From Candidatus Hermodarchaeota archaeon (GTDB lineage: Archaea > Asgardarchaeota > Thorarchaeia > Thorarchaeales > Thorarchaeaceae), in assembly GCA_048885865.1 (NCBI GenBank), contig JBHLLF010000004.1:32001-96000 (forward strand): DNA of 64,000 bases, read 5' to 3'. Every line of letters begins with the position of its first letter. The first letter of the stretch is position 1. Shown piece after piece: positions 36,786 through 47,020 of the stretch. The position numbers and the translations under genes are program-made. The notes below the pieces were generated by a model. The model was not told the origin of the DNA. It saw nothing but the letters and a program-made list of their open reading frames with translations, and did no database searches.

Positions 36786-37565
36786 TCACTCGAGTGTGAA
36801 CTGCCTATTGAATATGCTATTTCTATAACAGGCTTGGATACACTTTCCGCACACATCATGTGTGAGGCCCTCGGACTGGAGATGCACGATATACTTCCGA
36901 CAGTTCTCTCTGTAGTTGGGCAATTTCTCGCGGTTCTTGATGAATGTGCAGACATCTTCACACGCATGGCACTTGCCACATTGCGAATCCATTTTTCCTG
37001 GAGCTGTTAGCGGATATGTGGTCAGCACTGAGGCGAATCGAATAGCACAACTGAACTTCTCGTTTATGAGCAGGCCATTCTTCCCTCTCCATCCCAAGCC
37101 TGCCATCTCAGCTACCACACGATGGGAAATTGTGAGACCATAGTAGTCAGTGACATGCTTGACTTTGTCTGTGATCCCTTGAAGAGTTGCAGTAATCGGG
37201 ATGCCGTCGAATCGATCTGCAACTGCATGTGATGTTTGGTCTAGTAGTCGATTTAGTCGCGCATACTCTCTGCTGTAAAAGTTCCAGAGCTCATAATCAG
37301 TTCGGCCATCTGTTGCTATGTTTATAGCATCAATTGCGGCATCTTGATAGACTATTCCGAATGAGATTATCGATCCAGAATCCATCAGTTCATCAAACTT
37401 GTCTGCCGCTATGTCCACAAGCTTCTCCTTCTGAATAGGCATAAGCTCATCATACACGTCCTTGAACACTGCAAATCCAACGACACCCTTGCAGGAGATG
37501 CTCTCAAGATAGTCTTCCACGAAGGTTCGTATAGCGTCCTCCATATCCATATTGCTCACATTCAC
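36786..37565 (-). CDS. QueG/reductive-dehalogenase-like Fe-S protein
   Basis: SHRVVAEMAGLGWRGKNGLL, RFASVLT, CGKCHACEDVC, CGKCIQAC. Confidence 0.8.
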   Translation of the reverse strand: MNVSNMDMEDAIRTFVEDYLESISCKGVVGFAVFKDVYDELMPIQKEKLVDIAADKFDELMDSGSIISFGIVYQDAAIDAINIATDGRTDYELWNFYSREYARLNRLLDQTSHAVADRFDGIPITATLQGITDKVKHVTDYYGLTISHRVVAEMAGLGWRGKNGLLINEKFSCAIRFASVLTTYPLTAPGKMDSQCGKCHACEDVCTFIKNREKLPNYRENCRKYIVHLQSEGLTHDVCGKCIQACYRNSIFNRQFTLE

Positions 37566-38620
37566 GTACCCTTGTATCCGCTCTGTCCTAGAAAAGTGAT
37601 TTCTCCAACATAGTCAGTTGTCATCATTTTTCGTACTTGATCCGGCTCGCTCGTTCTACCGAGAATCCAAGCCAGTTTAACTACTGCCGCTTCCGAGGTC
37701 ATGTCATAAGCACTCATCGCACCAGCTTCCGCAGCAACCCACCCGACTTCATACATCGAAAGGTCTGCCTGACCAAAAGCACATTGTGAACTGATAACGA
37801 CAAAGCAACCACGACTCACAGCCTTTCTAATTGCCCCGGCAATTGCATTCTCTTCGGAGGGGATGTTTCCTGCTCCAAAGCCTTCAATCACAATACCTTT
37901 GTATCCCATTTCAAGTATCATGGGAAGAATATCTGGTTGGAGACCTGGGAATACTTTTAGAAGCCAGACTCTGTCGCTGAGTCGTGTATCAAACTTGGGG
38001 ACTAGATTGCTACGCTTCTTTCTCCCCTCATATAGGATGATATCACGCGCAAGCACCCCGAGGGGCGTAGGATCCATTGAATCAAAGGCATCGTATGAGT
38101 TGACTCGCAGCTTTTTGATTCGCGTGCCCCTGTGAATTTCACCGTTGAATACAATGCATGTTTCACCGATGTCCCCAAAAGCAGCAACCCTGATTGCATC
38201 TATGAGGTTGCGTGGACCATCACTCCATGGAATGGTAGCAGGTATCTGCGCTCCGGTGAAGACGATTGGCTTCCCGAAATCTCTGACCATGAAACTCACA
38301 GCTGCTGCGGAGTATGCCATTGTGTCTGTGCCATGAGACACAACGATGCCTTGAAGATCTGGCATCTCCTCATGTATGTCCATGATAGCAGATGCGAGCT
38401 CCTGCCAATGATGAGGCTGTGCGTTGGCTGAATCAAGCTGAAAGAGCTCTCTTTGAACAACCTCTACATTGCCCATGCCTTTAGGAAGACTCTCAAGCAG
38501 CGCAGGAACAGAGAGTCCTGGTCTCAGTGCCTGTGTCTGGGGATCATATACACTTGAGATTGTACCCCCGGTGGTGATTAGACATACTTTGGCATTCACG
38601 CTCTCTGACAACATCTTCAC
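37562..38620 (-). CDS. ansA: L-asparaginase type I
   Basis: TTGGTIS, SHGTDTM, PIVFTGAQ, GFGAGN. Confidence 0.9.
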   Translation of the reverse strand: MKMLSESVNAKVCLITTGGTISSVYDPQTQALRPGLSVPALLESLPKGMGNVEVVQRELFQLDSANAQPHHWQELASAIMDIHEEMPDLQGIVVSHGTDTMAYSAAAVSFMVRDFGKPIVFTGAQIPATIPWSDGPRNLIDAIRVAAFGDIGETCIVFNGEIHRGTRIKKLRVNSYDAFDSMDPTPLGVLARDIILYEGRKKRSNLVPKFDTRLSDRVWLLKVFPGLQPDILPMILEMGYKGIVIEGFGAGNIPSEENAIAGAIRKAVSRGCFVVISSQCAFGQADLSMYEVGWVAAEAGAMSAYDMTSEAAVVKLAWILGRTSEPDQVRKMMTTDYVGEITFLGQSGYKGT

Positions 38621-38691
38621 CGAACAGGGAGATATTGATATGATTTATTGCTGTTGTGATACTTCTAATGAGCACCGCTTGGTGATTTTCT

Positions 38692-39897
38692 ATGCATGAT
38701 CTCGTGATTGTTGGAGGAGGGCCAGCTGGAGCATCATGTGCTAGAGCTGCGGCGCTGGGCGGTCTAGATGTACTCCTGATAGAGAAAGAAGTTCATCCGC
38801 GAGATAAGCTGTGTGCTGGCGTTCTCACGCATCGAGTTGCGGACTTAGTGGACTTTGATATTGAACCAGCCACAGAGCTGCGTTTTTCTGGAGGAAGAGT
38901 ATATTCTGGAAAAGGGACCTATTTTGAATTCACAATTGATGAGCGGTTCGCAGGATATCTTGTGAAGCGACGGACTTTTGACAAGTACCTTATTGAGAGA
39001 GCCATCGATGCTGGGGCGGAGGTTATTCAGGGCACAAAGGCGGTTGGTGTTGAACAGACACGGTCAGGAATACGAGTGTTAACCGTTGGCGACTCCTATA
39101 AGGCACAATTGCTAGTTGGTGCAGACGGTGTAAATGGAATTGTAGCTAGACAAGTGGGCTTGCGTGATAGGTGGGAATCAGACAAAGTCGGACTCTGCAT
39201 TTCTGCAGACATTCCTGTTGGAGAAAATGAAATCAAACGTTGTATGTCCCTCTCTGACTTTGAGAAATCAATTGGAGTCGATGTTCATTTTGGATTAATC
39301 CAATGGGGTTACGGATGGTGTTTCCCAAAGAAAGATGAGTTGAGTGTGGGAATTGGGACGCGATTGGACCTATCTTCGAATCTCAAAGACCATTGGAAGT
39401 CCTTTGTGAAGAGGGTGGAAGAAGCAAAGGGTCTGAAGTTAGACCTATCTCGACAGAGTGCGTTCAGAGTTCCTCTGGGAATCCCCAAGACATCACTTGT
39501 GGCTAGAAGGACAATGCTGGTAGGAGACGCAGCAGGACTAGTATCGTCGCTATCTGGGGAGGGAATATTCTATGCAATGGAATCAGGCATCATTGCTGCG
39601 AAAGTAGCTTGTGAGGCTGCAGAGAAGAAGAAACCATCACATGTGATGGAATATGGAAAAATTGTCAAGGAGAGCATATTGAGCGATTTGGCTGCAGCTG
39701 AGTATCTAGCAAAAATCCTATACAAGTCAATTGAGAACATAGACGTTATGCTACAAATCATTAGCGAGGATCTTATCATGCGCAAACATCTCATTGACAT
39801 TCTGGCAGGAGTCAGGCCTTTTGTTGACATAAGGAAAGACATGATGAAACGAATGCTTATGAAATACCCACTGAAAGCCCTCAAATTGAGATTCTAG
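38692..39897 (+). CDS. Geranylgeranyl reductase family FAD oxidoreductase
   Basis: VGGGPAG, PRDKLCAG, GADG, GYGWCFPK, LVGDAAG...GEGI. Confidence 0.9.
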   Translation: MHDLVIVGGGPAGASCARAAALGGLDVLLIEKEVHPRDKLCAGVLTHRVADLVDFDIEPATELRFSGGRVYSGKGTYFEFTIDERFAGYLVKRRTFDKYLIERAIDAGAEVIQGTKAVGVEQTRSGIRVLTVGDSYKAQLLVGADGVNGIVARQVGLRDRWESDKVGLCISADIPVGENEIKRCMSLSDFEKSIGVDVHFGLIQWGYGWCFPKKDELSVGIGTRLDLSSNLKDHWKSFVKRVEEAKGLKLDLSRQSAFRVPLGIPKTSLVARRTMLVGDAAGLVSSLSGEGIFYAMESGIIAAKVACEAAEKKKPSHVMEYGKIVKESILSDLAAAEYLAKILYKSIENIDVMLQIISEDLIMRKHLIDILAGVRPFVDIRKDMMKRMLMKYPLKALKLRF

Positions 39898-40865
39898 TCA
39901 GGATTAGTCGAGTCTATAACTGAGCTTTCTCCACTAGCATTCAATGTAATGCGCATCATATCACTAGCAAGTATTGTTTGTGGAAAGATAGACCGGGCCT
40001 CTTCAAGTATCTGCTCGCCATTCTCATATCTGGGACTATAATGTGTGAGAACAAGCAGGTGAACTCCTGAATATTTAGCGACCTCAGCAGCTGAGGCTGC
40101 AGTCATATGGCCTCGTTCCTCTGCAAGATCTGAATGTTCAGAAGTATACATGGCTTCTGAGATCAAAATGTCCGCACCTCTTGCAGCATCGCGTAGTGTG
40201 TCACAAGCTCTGGTGTCTCCAGAATATACAATCTTCAATGGTCTGGGTTTGGGAGCGGTGACATCTTCAGGCCTGATTTCTGTCCCATTGGCAAGAGTAA
40301 CTGGATTGCCATCTGCAAGTTGTCCCCATAGCGGACCTTTAGGTACACCCATCTTCCTAGCCATCTCAGGTTTAAACTCTCCAGTAGGCCGCTGATATGT
40401 CAGTTCATAACCAAATGCCAGACCTCGATGGTCCACTTCAAACGCTCGAACCTGTAAGTTATCAGCATCAAAGAGGGTTCCACTACTGATACCGTAGACT
40501 GTTGTCTTGAATGTGGTTCCTAGATTTATTGTGGCCTGGTTCATTTTGACATAGGGGATTAGCTCAGGTGGTCCATAGATTTCTAGGGGTTTGATTCTAC
40601 CTAGGAGGGAGAATCTAAGTAGCAGACCCCCTAGGCCGAGGACATGGTCTCCATGCATATGGGTTATGAGTATTGACATCTTCTTGTTTTGCCCCAGACT
40701 GGCAAGCTCAAACTGCCTCTGAGCATCCTCTCCGCAGTCCAGCATCAGATTCCATCCACTATGACGAACAACAATCGCAGGATGATTTCTTCCAGCAGTT
40801 GGTATTGAACCACCAGTGCCCAAGAAGACAATGTCAATCAATTTGCCACCGCACGAATCGGTCAA
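39894..40865 (-). CDS. rnz: Ribonuclease Z
   Basis: FLGTGG..P, DCGE, THMHGDH, exosite GVPKGP, YSGDT, HYSPRY. Confidence 0.95.
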   Translation of the reverse strand: MTDSCGGKLIDIVFLGTGGSIPTAGRNHPAIVVRHSGWNLMLDCGEDAQRQFELASLGQNKKMSILITHMHGDHVLGLGGLLLRFSLLGRIKPLEIYGPPELIPYVKMNQATINLGTTFKTTVYGISSGTLFDADNLQVRAFEVDHRGLAFGYELTYQRPTGEFKPEMARKMGVPKGPLWGQLADGNPVTLANGTEIRPEDVTAPKPRPLKIVYSGDTRACDTLRDAARGADILISEAMYTSEHSDLAEERGHMTAASAAEVAKYSGVHLLVLTHYSPRYENGEQILEEARSIFPQTILASDMMRITLNASGESSVIDSTNPD

Positions 40866-40902
40866 TAACGAACCAAGATATGAGTTGTGACTATGGCGGC
40901 AT

Positions 40903-42258
40903 CTATGCTAGATCGACTGGAATTGTTCCCTTATCGGCCTCTCGACGGGTACGACGGAATGAACGTACATCAAAGAAGTCGCCCTGATTCCATTTCCATG
41001 CTCTTTCACGGCGATCGAACATCGCGTCCGCCTTGAACACCTCCTCTGTGCCAGCTGATATTATGTGCGCTGAATAATCATCTACACGAGACATCCAGTT
41101 TGCCAGGGCTTCAATAAGCCCTTCGGAAGTTCCAGGAGGCAATGAAGCCATCTGGAGAACTCTTTTCTCCGAGGTTTCTAGATTTACGATTCTTGTAAGA
41201 TATGTTACCGGGAGAAGCCGCCACGCAGTTAGAATATTGCCAGCACATTCTGGGTCTGACAGAACCAGGACCCTATCCTTTAGGTGGGGCACTCTCACCC
41301 GAGTCCTGGGAACAACAACCCTTTCCTCCAGTAGAGAAGCCCTCTTCCGAAAGGCAGTGCTGTCGGACAAACCAGTGGCATCGACTATCTCATTTGCTGT
41401 TGCATCAAAATTGACGACTAGTTCGTCGATTATCTTCAGGTCCGCAGGTGTGAAGCGGATTCGCTCCTCAATGGGAGCTGAGTCGCTGACGATAATCTCA
41501 CTATCATTCTTTCTTATCTGGGTAGACCAATGGAACTTGTCAAATTCCCAACCGACTCGGGGTTTACAGTACGTTCCATCAAATCTCGACTGACCAGCTG
41601 AGAGTCTCCAAGCAGAAGCTTTTGATGATGTGCTTCTCAATGATCGTATCATGTCCAGAAGGTCACCTATCCTCTCACTGGGGAGAGTGGCTACCAACAG
41701 GACGAGTGGCTCAGACCCATCAACAAAGAGAGCCTTGGTGATATATGGGGAAGACAGGACTAATTCCGGAGCTTCAAGAAGCACCAACACGCGTTCAAGT
41801 CCTAACTTGGAAGCATTGAGAGCCCCTTCCATTCGAAGAACCTCGGCTCTTCTAAGACGCTGGACAGCACGTCTGGCTTGTGAGTAGCTCAATCCAGCAC
41901 GGCTGGCAAGTTCTCTGACTCCAATTCCTGGCTCAAAGAGACTCTCTCCAAGAACTGATTGTTCCGTGGAACTGAGAATTGACACATTTCGATGCCAGAT
42001 TTCCTCGATGAGTGTCCACACATCTTTCTGCGTGATGGACTCGACACCGCCAAGCGCCTCCACTTCATTGAGCCGAGCCTTTAGAGCCATACAGAGACTC
42101 CCACGATGACTCTCAGCGATTTGGATTAATCGGTCGATCTCTGGTCCGTGTTGAAACAAATCAAGCTCTTTCTTCTCCTCCAATCCACATACTATTTTGA
42201 TGAGGGTTCTGGCATCGTGAGAGAAATTCATTGTCTTGACTTCCGCTGAAATCAGCAC
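40903..42258 (-). CDS. Protein with two AsnC/Lrp-like HTH modules
   Basis: VRELASRAGLSYSQARRAVQRL and DLKIIDEL..NFDATANEIVDATGLSDSTA. Confidence 0.7.
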   Translation of the reverse strand: MLISAEVKTMNFSHDARTLIKIVCGLEEKKELDLFQHGPEIDRLIQIAESHRGSLCMALKARLNEVEALGGVESITQKDVWTLIEEIWHRNVSILSSTEQSVLGESLFEPGIGVRELASRAGLSYSQARRAVQRLRRAEVLRMEGALNASKLGLERVLVLLEAPELVLSSPYITKALFVDGSEPLVLLVATLPSERIGDLLDMIRSLRSTSSKASAWRLSAGQSRFDGTYCKPRVGWEFDKFHWSTQIRKNDSEIIVSDSAPIEERIRFTPADLKIIDELVVNFDATANEIVDATGLSDSTAFRKRASLLEERVVVPRTRVRVPHLKDRVLVLSDPECAGNILTAWRLLPVTYLTRIVNLETSEKRVLQMASLPPGTSEGLIEALANWMSRVDDYSAHIISAGTEEVFKADAMFDRRERAWKWNQGDFFDVRSFRRTRREADKGTIPVDLA

Positions 42259-42335
42259 GATAGATGACCTCCAAAGCAGTTTGTAATATACCCAGAACTG
42301 CGTTCTGGTGGAACAATAAAAGGTCCACAGAGAGG

Positions 42336-43094
42336 TTAGACTGGCTGAGAATCACTCCATAGGGATTCAAAGTAGGCTGATGCCATCGCTGCGAATACGG
42401 GTGCTGAAGAATAGATTCCCAAAAACTCCCCTTCAGTGTCACTTGCCGCTAGCATAATCAGTGTCTGCCTGTTGTCGATGACTAATCCAGCACCAAACAC
42501 TCTATCACGCGTGCGGACCTCAAAGCCACTAGGGATGATTGACTTGAGAGACGACTCAACTCCAGATGTGAGGACTCGCACACGACTTGCTTTCACATAA
42601 AGTACCTTGTCAATTACAGGGGAAATATCCTCAGCCTCTAAGGCGAGGGTTGGAACTGACAACAGGACTGAGTCCCGGGATGAATCGAGCATTTCTAATG
42701 CCTTGGCTAGAATTGACGCCCTTCCATGCAATAGCCACACATCTCTGGTGGTGGCAGTCGTTTCCTGTTCAAAGAGGGGTTGGAGTTCATCTATTACCTG
42801 CTTGCTTGCCAGGTCTATTCTATGTTCTATATCTAGTCGCACAAGTTGAACAATCTCAGTCGGGGACTTTGCTGTGTAGAGCGTTGGCCTTCCTTTACTG
42901 ACAGTTATGAAGCCCTTCTCTTCGAGTCGCCCAAGCACATCATATATTCTTGAATAGGGCACCTGAGACCTGGAACTGATATCAGATGCAGCCATCTGCG
43001 GACCACCCGAAATCATAGACAGATAGGCATTGGTTTCATACTCTGTGAGACCCAGCTCCTTCAGTGCCTTCAGAGTTGCGTCACTGACCGACAT
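42336..43094 (-). CDS. TrmB family transcriptional regulator
   Basis: LGLTEYE..AY, VPYSRIYDVL.RLEEKG, GRPTLY; PLD-like effector domain. Confidence 0.92.
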   Translation of the reverse strand: MSVSDATLKALKELGLTEYETNAYLSMISGGPQMAASDISSRSQVPYSRIYDVLGRLEEKGFITVSKGRPTLYTAKSPTEIVQLVRLDIEHRIDLASKQVIDELQPLFEQETTATTRDVWLLHGRASILAKALEMLDSSRDSVLLSVPTLALEAEDISPVIDKVLYVKASRVRVLTSGVESSLKSIIPSGFEVRTRDRVFGAGLVIDNRQTLIMLAASDTEGEFLGIYSSAPVFAAMASAYFESLWSDSQPV

Positions 43095-43147
43095 TATCAC
43101 CACTGTGAGTGGTAAAATAGCATGACCTATTAAGTGATTCCGACCCG

Positions 43148-43711
43148 CTAATACTTCTCAACGTACCATTCAAGGAACTTTCGAAAGGCTTCAGTTCGAT
43201 GAGATATCTTGATCTTCTCATCCATGGATAGCTGAGCATAGGTCTTGGTTTCGCCTTCGGGGATGAATATTGGATCGTAGCCAAATCCTTTGTCACCAGC
43301 AGGAGCAGTCGTGATATCTCCATAGACAGAGCCGACAAAGTATCTGAAGACCCAACCATTTGCAAAACCGACTGCAGTGTCAAAACTCGCGTCCCTATTC
43401 TCTACACCCTCCATCAGTTTCAGAACGCCCTCAATGCCAATTGTTTCCAATACGTAGGCAGCAGTTGGACCTGGAAATCCATTGAGTGCTTCAATATAGA
43501 GACCAGTATCATCCACAGCAACTGGGCGCTTGAGTTTGGAGTATGCATATTTGGCTGCATCCATCGCAACGTTCCCTACGCTGTTTGATCGAACCTCATA
43601 TTTGGCCAAGTCAGTTGTTTCAAAGGGAACATCATATTCTTCGAACAGTGGTGTGAGTTCGCGTATCTTATGTTCATTCTGCGTCACTAAGACTATACTA
43701 TCCCTTGACAT
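43148..43711 (-). CDS. rdgB: XTP/dITP diphosphatase (Ham1/RdgB)
   Basis: TQNEHK, DDTGL.IEALNGFPG, GFGYDPIF, KISHR. Confidence 0.94.
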   Translation of the reverse strand: MSRDSIVLVTQNEHKIRELTPLFEEYDVPFETTDLAKYEVRSNSVGNVAMDAAKYAYSKLKRPVAVDDTGLYIEALNGFPGPTAAYVLETIGIEGVLKLMEGVENRDASFDTAVGFANGWVFRYFVGSVYGDITTAPAGDKGFGYDPIFIPEGETKTYAQLSMDEKIKISHRTEAFRKFLEWYVEKY

Positions 43712-44822
43712 ATTCCAATATCTCCTTCAACACCTTGTACGAACTTCGAACACGCTCAAGATCGAACATGCCGGTGAGGTTCCAAAGAATGATATGATTC
43801 ATTCCAGCCCGCGTATACTCCTCGAGCTTCTTGATTATTGTTTCTGCATTTCCAGCTATGTAGAACCAATCGAGGACTTCCTTCGGGACCTGTTCAATAG
43901 CTTGCATCGTTTCCTCTCTGTTGTATCGCATTGGAATGTAATCGGTGACTGCGTTGAAGTCATCTCCGAAAGGATGATCATATCCCAATCGTTTCCACCC
44001 TTCTAAGGGCATTGTCAGCGCAAATGCCTTCGCGATTGGATTCTGCTTCAGTTCTTCGATAGCGGAAGAATCCTCATCTAGGATACACCAGTTCCAGAGT
44101 GCGGCTGTAAAGGGTCCGTTCTTATCGAGTTTCTTTCTGTGGCTGTTAATCTCGTTGAGCCTCTTGCCATACTCCTGGGGAGGCAGGACTGCGGGTATCC
44201 ATCCGTCACCAAACTCAGCAGTAATCTTGAGCATCTTGGGTCCATGACCTGCAATCCAGATTGGAGGAGGACGGTTAGGGTCAAGGGGACGGAGTGACAT
44301 CACCGCATTCTTCATCTTCCAGAACTTTCCATCGAAATCGAACGGGTCAGGGGTTTCCCATACCCTTCTGATGATCTTAAGCGCTTCTCTGAGCTTGCCA
44401 ACCTGGCCTGAATATCGAAGTCCGTACGGCTCGATGTTCTCGATTTCACCAGCACCTATGCCCAAAATGGCCCTGCCATTACTGATGTGGTCCAAGGTCA
44501 GGAATGCCTGTGCCAGGAGCATCGGATGTCTTCGAATTGGCTCAGTGACAGAAGATAACAGTTTGACATTCTCTGTGGCTGTTGCACAGGCAGCCATGAT
44601 AGTGAATAGTTCATAGAACGTATGAGGCGACTTCTGTAGGAACGATAGAGGCGTCACATCTCCAGTCCAAATGCTCTCCGGAACGAATCCTGCAAAATGG
44701 TCGGGAAAAGCCATGCTAGCATATCCCAACGAATCTATTGTCTTGGCATTTCTTACCACATTCTCATAGGGCGGGAGGAATGGTCCTGGTGCCCCAATCT
44801 CCAAGTCGTGTATGTCTGTCAT
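43698..44822 (-). CDS. LLM-class (luciferase-like, probably F420-dependent) oxidoreductase
   Basis: PDHF, TLDHISNGRAILGIGAGE, PPIWIAGHGP.ML, GDGW. Confidence 0.9.
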   Translation of the reverse strand: MTDIHDLEIGAPGPFLPPYENVVRNAKTIDSLGYASMAFPDHFAGFVPESIWTGDVTPLSFLQKSPHTFYELFTIMAACATATENVKLLSSVTEPIRRHPMLLAQAFLTLDHISNGRAILGIGAGEIENIEPYGLRYSGQVGKLREALKIIRRVWETPDPFDFDGKFWKMKNAVMSLRPLDPNRPPPIWIAGHGPKMLKITAEFGDGWIPAVLPPQEYGKRLNEINSHRKKLDKNGPFTAALWNWCILDEDSSAIEELKQNPIAKAFALTMPLEGWKRLGYDHPFGDDFNAVTDYIPMRYNREETMQAIEQVPKEVLDWFYIAGNAETIIKKLEEYTRAGMNHIILWNLTGMFDLERVRSSYKVLKEILEYVKG

Positions 44823-46028
44823 CTAATCACCTCTTTCAGCAAAAGCGATGAGTGCATCTTTCACACTCTCATAGTCAGAAAGGTGCATGAACTCATCAAG
44901 CCCATGGTAGTTGTTGTCATCTCGTAGCGTCCCAAAGCAAGCTGTTGGAATACCGACCTCCGTAAAGAAATGACCGTCATTGCCACCTAGATCAGCCGCA
45001 ATTGGAATATCAGGGCCTACTGCCTCTTTCACGGCTTTATGAAACCTTTGGATGAATTCATTCTCTGGATCTGAACTCCATCCATGAACATTCATCTTGA
45101 ACTCGATACTGGCCTCTACTCCGGTCTCTTCCTTTGCCTTCTCTAGAAACTCCTCGATGCTCTTCTTGACCTCATCAGGGTCTTCTTCAGGGACCAATCT
45201 GCAATCGAATGTTATCTCAGCCTTTCCGGGTATCACGTTTGATTTGCTGCCCGATTCAAACATTGTCATCGAGAACCGTCCCCAGAGGTTCTGATGGGGT
45301 GTGCCTGGAGGCGCAGGTAGTTGCGATTCAACTTTTCGTCGTACATCTACATAATCCAGCATTACAGTGAGCAAGGGTATAGAAAGGTGAATTGCATTGG
45401 CATATGCAAATGGATAGCCAGCATGACCCTGGCTACCACGAACGGTAATTGTACCTGAAACTATTCCACTGGCGCCAATGCTGACATACTCTGGGCCCGA
45501 GTCAACAACTATTCCAAAATCACCCCTAATCTTTGGCTTGTCATTGATCAGGTAATCTATGCCCCATGCGCCTCCAATCTCTTCATTTGGAGAGATAAGT
45601 ATCTTCCAGTTGATCTTCGATGTCCCCTTCGTAATCAGTTCTTTTGCAGCACTGACGCATGCAACGATGTTCCCCTTATTGTCAGACACTCCACGACCAA
45701 AGGCCTTCCCGTTCTCGATTGCAAACTTGAAGGGAGGCCTCTTCCAAGCCTCTATATCCCCTGCTGGGACCACATCATAGTGCGTGCATAAAAGCGCAGT
45801 TTTCTTTGCACCTGCGTCAAGTGTCGCCACAATATTCGGCTGAGACACCCCATCATGATTGGAATCAAATACTTCCACATCTAGGCCAGCCTCTTCACAA
45901 TACTTCTTCACAACTTGGGCACATTCTGAGTAGTTCCTCTTCTCGTCGCTATTGGTGTCCAGTTCCACTAGCTCCCGCAGAAAGCTCGCTTCCCACTTAT
46001 CCATTTGACTTCGGTCTCCGGGTGGCAA
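44823..46028 (-). CDS. M20 family metallo-hydrolase (ArgE/DapE-like)
   Basis: THYDVVP, GRGVSDNKG, NEEIG, QGHAG, HGLDE. Confidence 0.92.
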   Translation of the reverse strand: MPPGDRSQMDKWEASFLRELVELDTNSDEKRNYSECAQVVKKYCEEAGLDVEVFDSNHDGVSQPNIVATLDAGAKKTALLCTHYDVVPAGDIEAWKRPPFKFAIENGKAFGRGVSDNKGNIVACVSAAKELITKGTSKINWKILISPNEEIGGAWGIDYLINDKPKIRGDFGIVVDSGPEYVSIGASGIVSGTITVRGSQGHAGYPFAYANAIHLSIPLLTVMLDYVDVRRKVESQLPAPPGTPHQNLWGRFSMTMFESGSKSNVIPGKAEITFDCRLVPEEDPDEVKKSIEEFLEKAKEETGVEASIEFKMNVHGWSSDPENEFIQRFHKAVKEAVGPDIPIAADLGGNDGHFFTEVGIPTACFGTLRDDNNYHGLDEFMHLSDYESVKDALIAFAERGD

Positions 46029-46061
46029 TTGGATAGAAGACTGATAGATTAGTATTCCGTA

Positions 46062-46865
46062 TTACTTCTGACAGGTCTGACAATAGTTCGTCTTGAACCG
46101 GTTGGCGGTGATCTCAGACACTCGACCTCCGCAGAGTGGACAAATTCCCCCACCCCTATTATGGATCATGAGGAAGTCTCGTTTCTCTGTACCTAGTTCA
46201 CTGAGGCTTCTGTTGGAAATGATCTCAAGGACTCTTGCAAGGACCGTTCTCATTGACTCAAACAGTTTCAAAACCTCCTCATCACTCAAACTCGAACGCT
46301 TTCTGAAGGGAAGAATCCCTGCATAGAGCAATATCTCATCCGCGTACGCATTCCCTATGCCCTTCACAAATCTCTGATTTCGTAGGACGTTCTTGATCTG
46401 TCCTCTATGTCGGCGAAGACGTTCTTTGAATACTCTGAGAGTGAGTGATGGGTCCAATGCTGAAGGTCCTCGTCCAGAGAACCCAGCTATATTTGAGTAG
46501 TCACCTCTTGCCACCAGGTAAGCACGACCCATTCGCTTTCGGTCATAGTACCATAGAGTACCAGTGTTGGTTGTCACTGAGAACATGTCAGTCTTTGTAG
46601 GAATGCGAGGCTTCTCAAGTAGACGAAACCGGCCTGTTAGCATTGGATTTACAACAAGATCATGTTCGTCCAGTTCCATTATGATGAACTTGCCATCAGG
46701 TCTAAATGACCGAAAAGATTCACCTACTGAGCTGGCCTCAAATTCACCAGCGGTCAGACCATGAATGACTATGTGGTCGTGTACTTTCACGCTCTGAACT
46801 TTGGAGCCAGTGATTCGCTCAGCGAGTCTGTTTGCGATTACTTCAAGCTCAGGTAGTTCAGGCAT
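46062..46865 (-). CDS. mutM: Fpg/Nei family DNA glycosylase/AP lyase
   Basis: N-terminal MPELPE; H2TH GIGNAYADEIL; C-terminal CPLC...CQTCQ finger. Confidence 0.9.
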   Translation of the reverse strand: MPELPELEVIANRLAERITGSKVQSVKVHDHIVIHGLTAGEFEASSVGESFRSFRPDGKFIIMELDEHDLVVNPMLTGRFRLLEKPRIPTKTDMFSVTTNTGTLWYYDRKRMGRAYLVARGDYSNIAGFSGRGPSALDPSLTLRVFKERLRRHRGQIKNVLRNQRFVKGIGNAYADEILLYAGILPFRKRSSLSDEEVLKLFESMRTVLARVLEIISNRSLSELGTEKRDFLMIHNRGGGICPLCGGRVSEITANRFKTNYCQTCQK

Positions 46866-47020
46866 TTTTGACACCAGAGTCAGACAATTCGTTTCAGGTG
46901 TCAATACTCTCTGATATAAACGTCAGCTACAGAGGTCAGGACATTGTCTTTGTGATTCCACCTACACAGGAAGGGGGATAAGCGATAGAGGTGTATCATA
47001 GGCGTCGTGGTGTTGTTTTC

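Noticed and set aside
36598-36790. tRNA-Ser as an integration site
   Set aside because: No integrase, duplicated tRNA 3' end or cargo genes seen nearby.
37562-38620. Asparaginase as GatD
   Set aside because: Lacks the GatD N-terminal domain and has no adjacent gatE.
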